Source: an uncultured Gammaproteobacteria bacterium
Lineage (GTDB): Bacteria > Pseudomonadota > Gammaproteobacteria > JAURND01
Reading direction: 5' to 3'
Assembly: GCA_963714975.1 (NCBI GenBank)
Contig: CAVQQD010000002.1
Span: 608,001-672,000 of the forward strand
DNA: 64,000 nucleotides
A program made the position numbers and the translations under genes. Positions 62,463 to 64,000 of the stretch are shown here, piece by piece. Under the pieces are notes generated by a model that saw only the letters and a program-made list of their open reading frames with translations, was not told where the DNA came from and searched no databases. Each line of letters opens with the position of its first letter. Within the stretch, counting starts at the first letter, position 1.

Positions 62463-63439
62463 GCATACTCCATAACTTTGGTGACAGCAGTTAATATTCG
62501 CTCTACGCTTGGCAAGAATAGTTTTTCCATTTTGAAATAGGGCACTATCGTATCATATCCAGTCACACGCTGGACGGGCGCCAGTAGGGAAGTTAAGGCA
62601 TATTCGCCAATTTGTGCGGCTATTTCAGCTCCCATACCCCCAGTTCGTACCGCCTCGTGGATAATAACGCATCTTCCGGTTTTTTCAACTGAGCGTAGTA
62701 TAGTCTCAATATCCAGCGGTTTGATGGTCGCTACGTCAATAACTTCCGCAGCTAGGCCTTGGCTGGCCAACTGATTGGCTGCTTGCAAGGTTTCGTTGAT
62801 CGAAGCTCCCCAGCTGACTAGAGTGATGTCGCTGCCAGTACGCAACACAAAACATCGATCGAGTGGTAAGGCTTTTCCGTCGTCGGCTACCTCTTGTTTG
62901 CCATAGCGATAAATACGCGCAGGTTCCATAAAAATAACCGGATCAGGATCTCGAATTGCGGCCAGTAATAAACCATAGGCCCGGGCCGGGGAAGAGGGAA
63001 TGACCACACGCAAGCCAGGAGTATGAGCAAATAATGCCTCAGTACTTTCAGAGTGATGCTCGATTGCGCGGATGCCAGCGCCAAAGGGAGTTCGAAAAAC
63101 TAGTGGACAGGATAAACGACCACGCGTGCGGTTGCGTAACCGCGAGATATGGCTAATGATTTGATCCAGTGCCGGATAGAAAAAGCCAAGAAATTGAATT
63201 TCTGCAACTGGCCGTAAACCTTGTGCCGCCATGCCGCAACTAATTCCTGCGATCATGCTTTCGGCCAAGGGGGTATCAAGTACGCGCTCTGGGCCGAATT
63301 TTTGCAACAAGCCATTGGTGATTCTAAAAACGCCGCCGTTGACGCCAATATCTTCCCCTAAGAGGATTACGTTGGGATCATTGCACATTTCGTAATGAAG
63401 CGCTTGGTTGAGGGCTTCAGCTAAAGTAATTTCTGTCAT
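62459..63439 (-). CDS. 2-oxoacid dehydrogenase E1 beta subunit
   Basis: GEDIG.NGGVFR, DTPLAES, AEIQF, EHHSES. Confidence 0.96.
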   Translation of the reverse strand: MTEITLAEALNQALHYEMCNDPNVILLGEDIGVNGGVFRITNGLLQKFGPERVLDTPLAESMIAGISCGMAAQGLRPVAEIQFLGFFYPALDQIISHISRLRNRTRGRLSCPLVFRTPFGAGIRAIEHHSESTEALFAHTPGLRVVIPSSPARAYGLLLAAIRDPDPVIFMEPARIYRYGKQEVADDGKALPLDRCFVLRTGSDITLVSWGASINETLQAANQLASQGLAAEVIDVATIKPLDIETILRSVEKTGRCVIIHEAVRTGGMGAEIAAQIGEYALTSLLAPVQRVTGYDTIVPYFKMEKLFLPSVERILTAVTKVMEYA

Positions 63440-63485
63440 GGAGATTCCTTGTTAAATGTCGCCCCGACCTACGTCGTCCCGACGA

Positions 63486-64000
63486 CTAAAGCAGTGCAAT
63501 TTCTTCTCGTTGTTTTGCATAGGGGGCGGGTACTTCGGCGTATAAATAATCAATGATGGCGGTGTTGGGTTGAGGAGGCATGTTTAAATAGGCATCCGCC
63601 TCTTCGGCCACTTTGGCAGTACATTCTGCTTGTAAACTTTCTTCCTGGCTTGCTGACCATAGGTGCATAGTTTCAAGATATCGTCTCAACCGGGCGATCG
63701 GCTCTAATTTCCAGGCACGCTCCATCTCTTCTTTAGGGATATAACGTCTCGCATCATCTGCCGTTGTGTGATCGCAGAGCCGATAACTGATTGCCTCGAT
63801 TAAGCTAGGACCGCCACCTTGACGTGCCTTATCGAGAGCTTCATTAAGACTGTGGGTGACGGCAATGATATCATTGCCATCTACTTGCCAGCCTTCAAAT
63901 CCTGCGGCGATGGCTTTTTGCGCCAAGGTTTGACTGTGAGTTTGTTTACTGCGAGGTTCGGAAATGGCCCATTGATTATTGTTAATAATAAATACCAAAG
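63486..64000 (-). CDS. 2-oxoacid dehydrogenase E1 alpha subunit, 3' part; runs off the window edge
   Basis: NNNQWAIS, VDGND, YRL.DHTTADD. Confidence 0.93.
   Translation of the reverse strand, partial: LVFIINNNQWAISEPRSKQTHSQTLAQKAIAAGFEGWQVDGNDIIAVTHSLNEALDKARQGGGPSLIEAISYRLCDHTTADDARRYIPKEEMERAWKLEPIARLRRYLETMHLWSASQEESLQAECTAKVAEEADAYLNMPPQPNTAIIDYLYAEVPAPYAKQREEIALL

Noticed and set aside
57224-63084. Short ORFs antisense to or overlapping the RND and dehydrogenase genes (and similar ones over nuo and pan genes)
   Set aside because: Shadow or alternate frames of well-conserved genes, with no RBS or motif support
1-64000. CRISPR array associated with the TnpB genes
   Set aside because: No regularly spaced direct repeats with unique spacers; the repeats are dispersed palindromes and MITEs

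Overview
Chromosomal window from an AT-rich Gammaproteobacterium that looks Legionellales/Coxiellaceae-like (inferred from gene content and PmrA-type boxes). The core blocks are an aconitase fragment, panD/panC/panB/coaBC, tRNA-Gly, asmA, an M20 peptidase, ETF-QO, rlmE-ftsH-folP-glmM-tpiA-secG-tRNA-Leu-nuoA..N, an RND pump and a 2-oxoacid dehydrogenase E1/E2 operon. Two accessory zones (0.6-9.7 kb and 45-57 kb) carry candidate secreted effectors, toxin-antitoxin modules, three IS200/IS605 (TnpB) elements and several MITE/palindrome families. The main finding is an IS110 (IS621-like) element at 46160-47384 whose bridge RNA can be read directly. Its donor guides match its own ends, and its target guides (TGACATCCT / GAGGAG) match the conserved right end (omega-RNA 3' end) of IS605/TnpB elements, which is exactly where it sits, nested inside a vapC gene. 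Single-base frameshifts in ftsH, nuoA and nuoB suggest assembly indel errors, so single-frameshift pseudogene calls here are uncertain.
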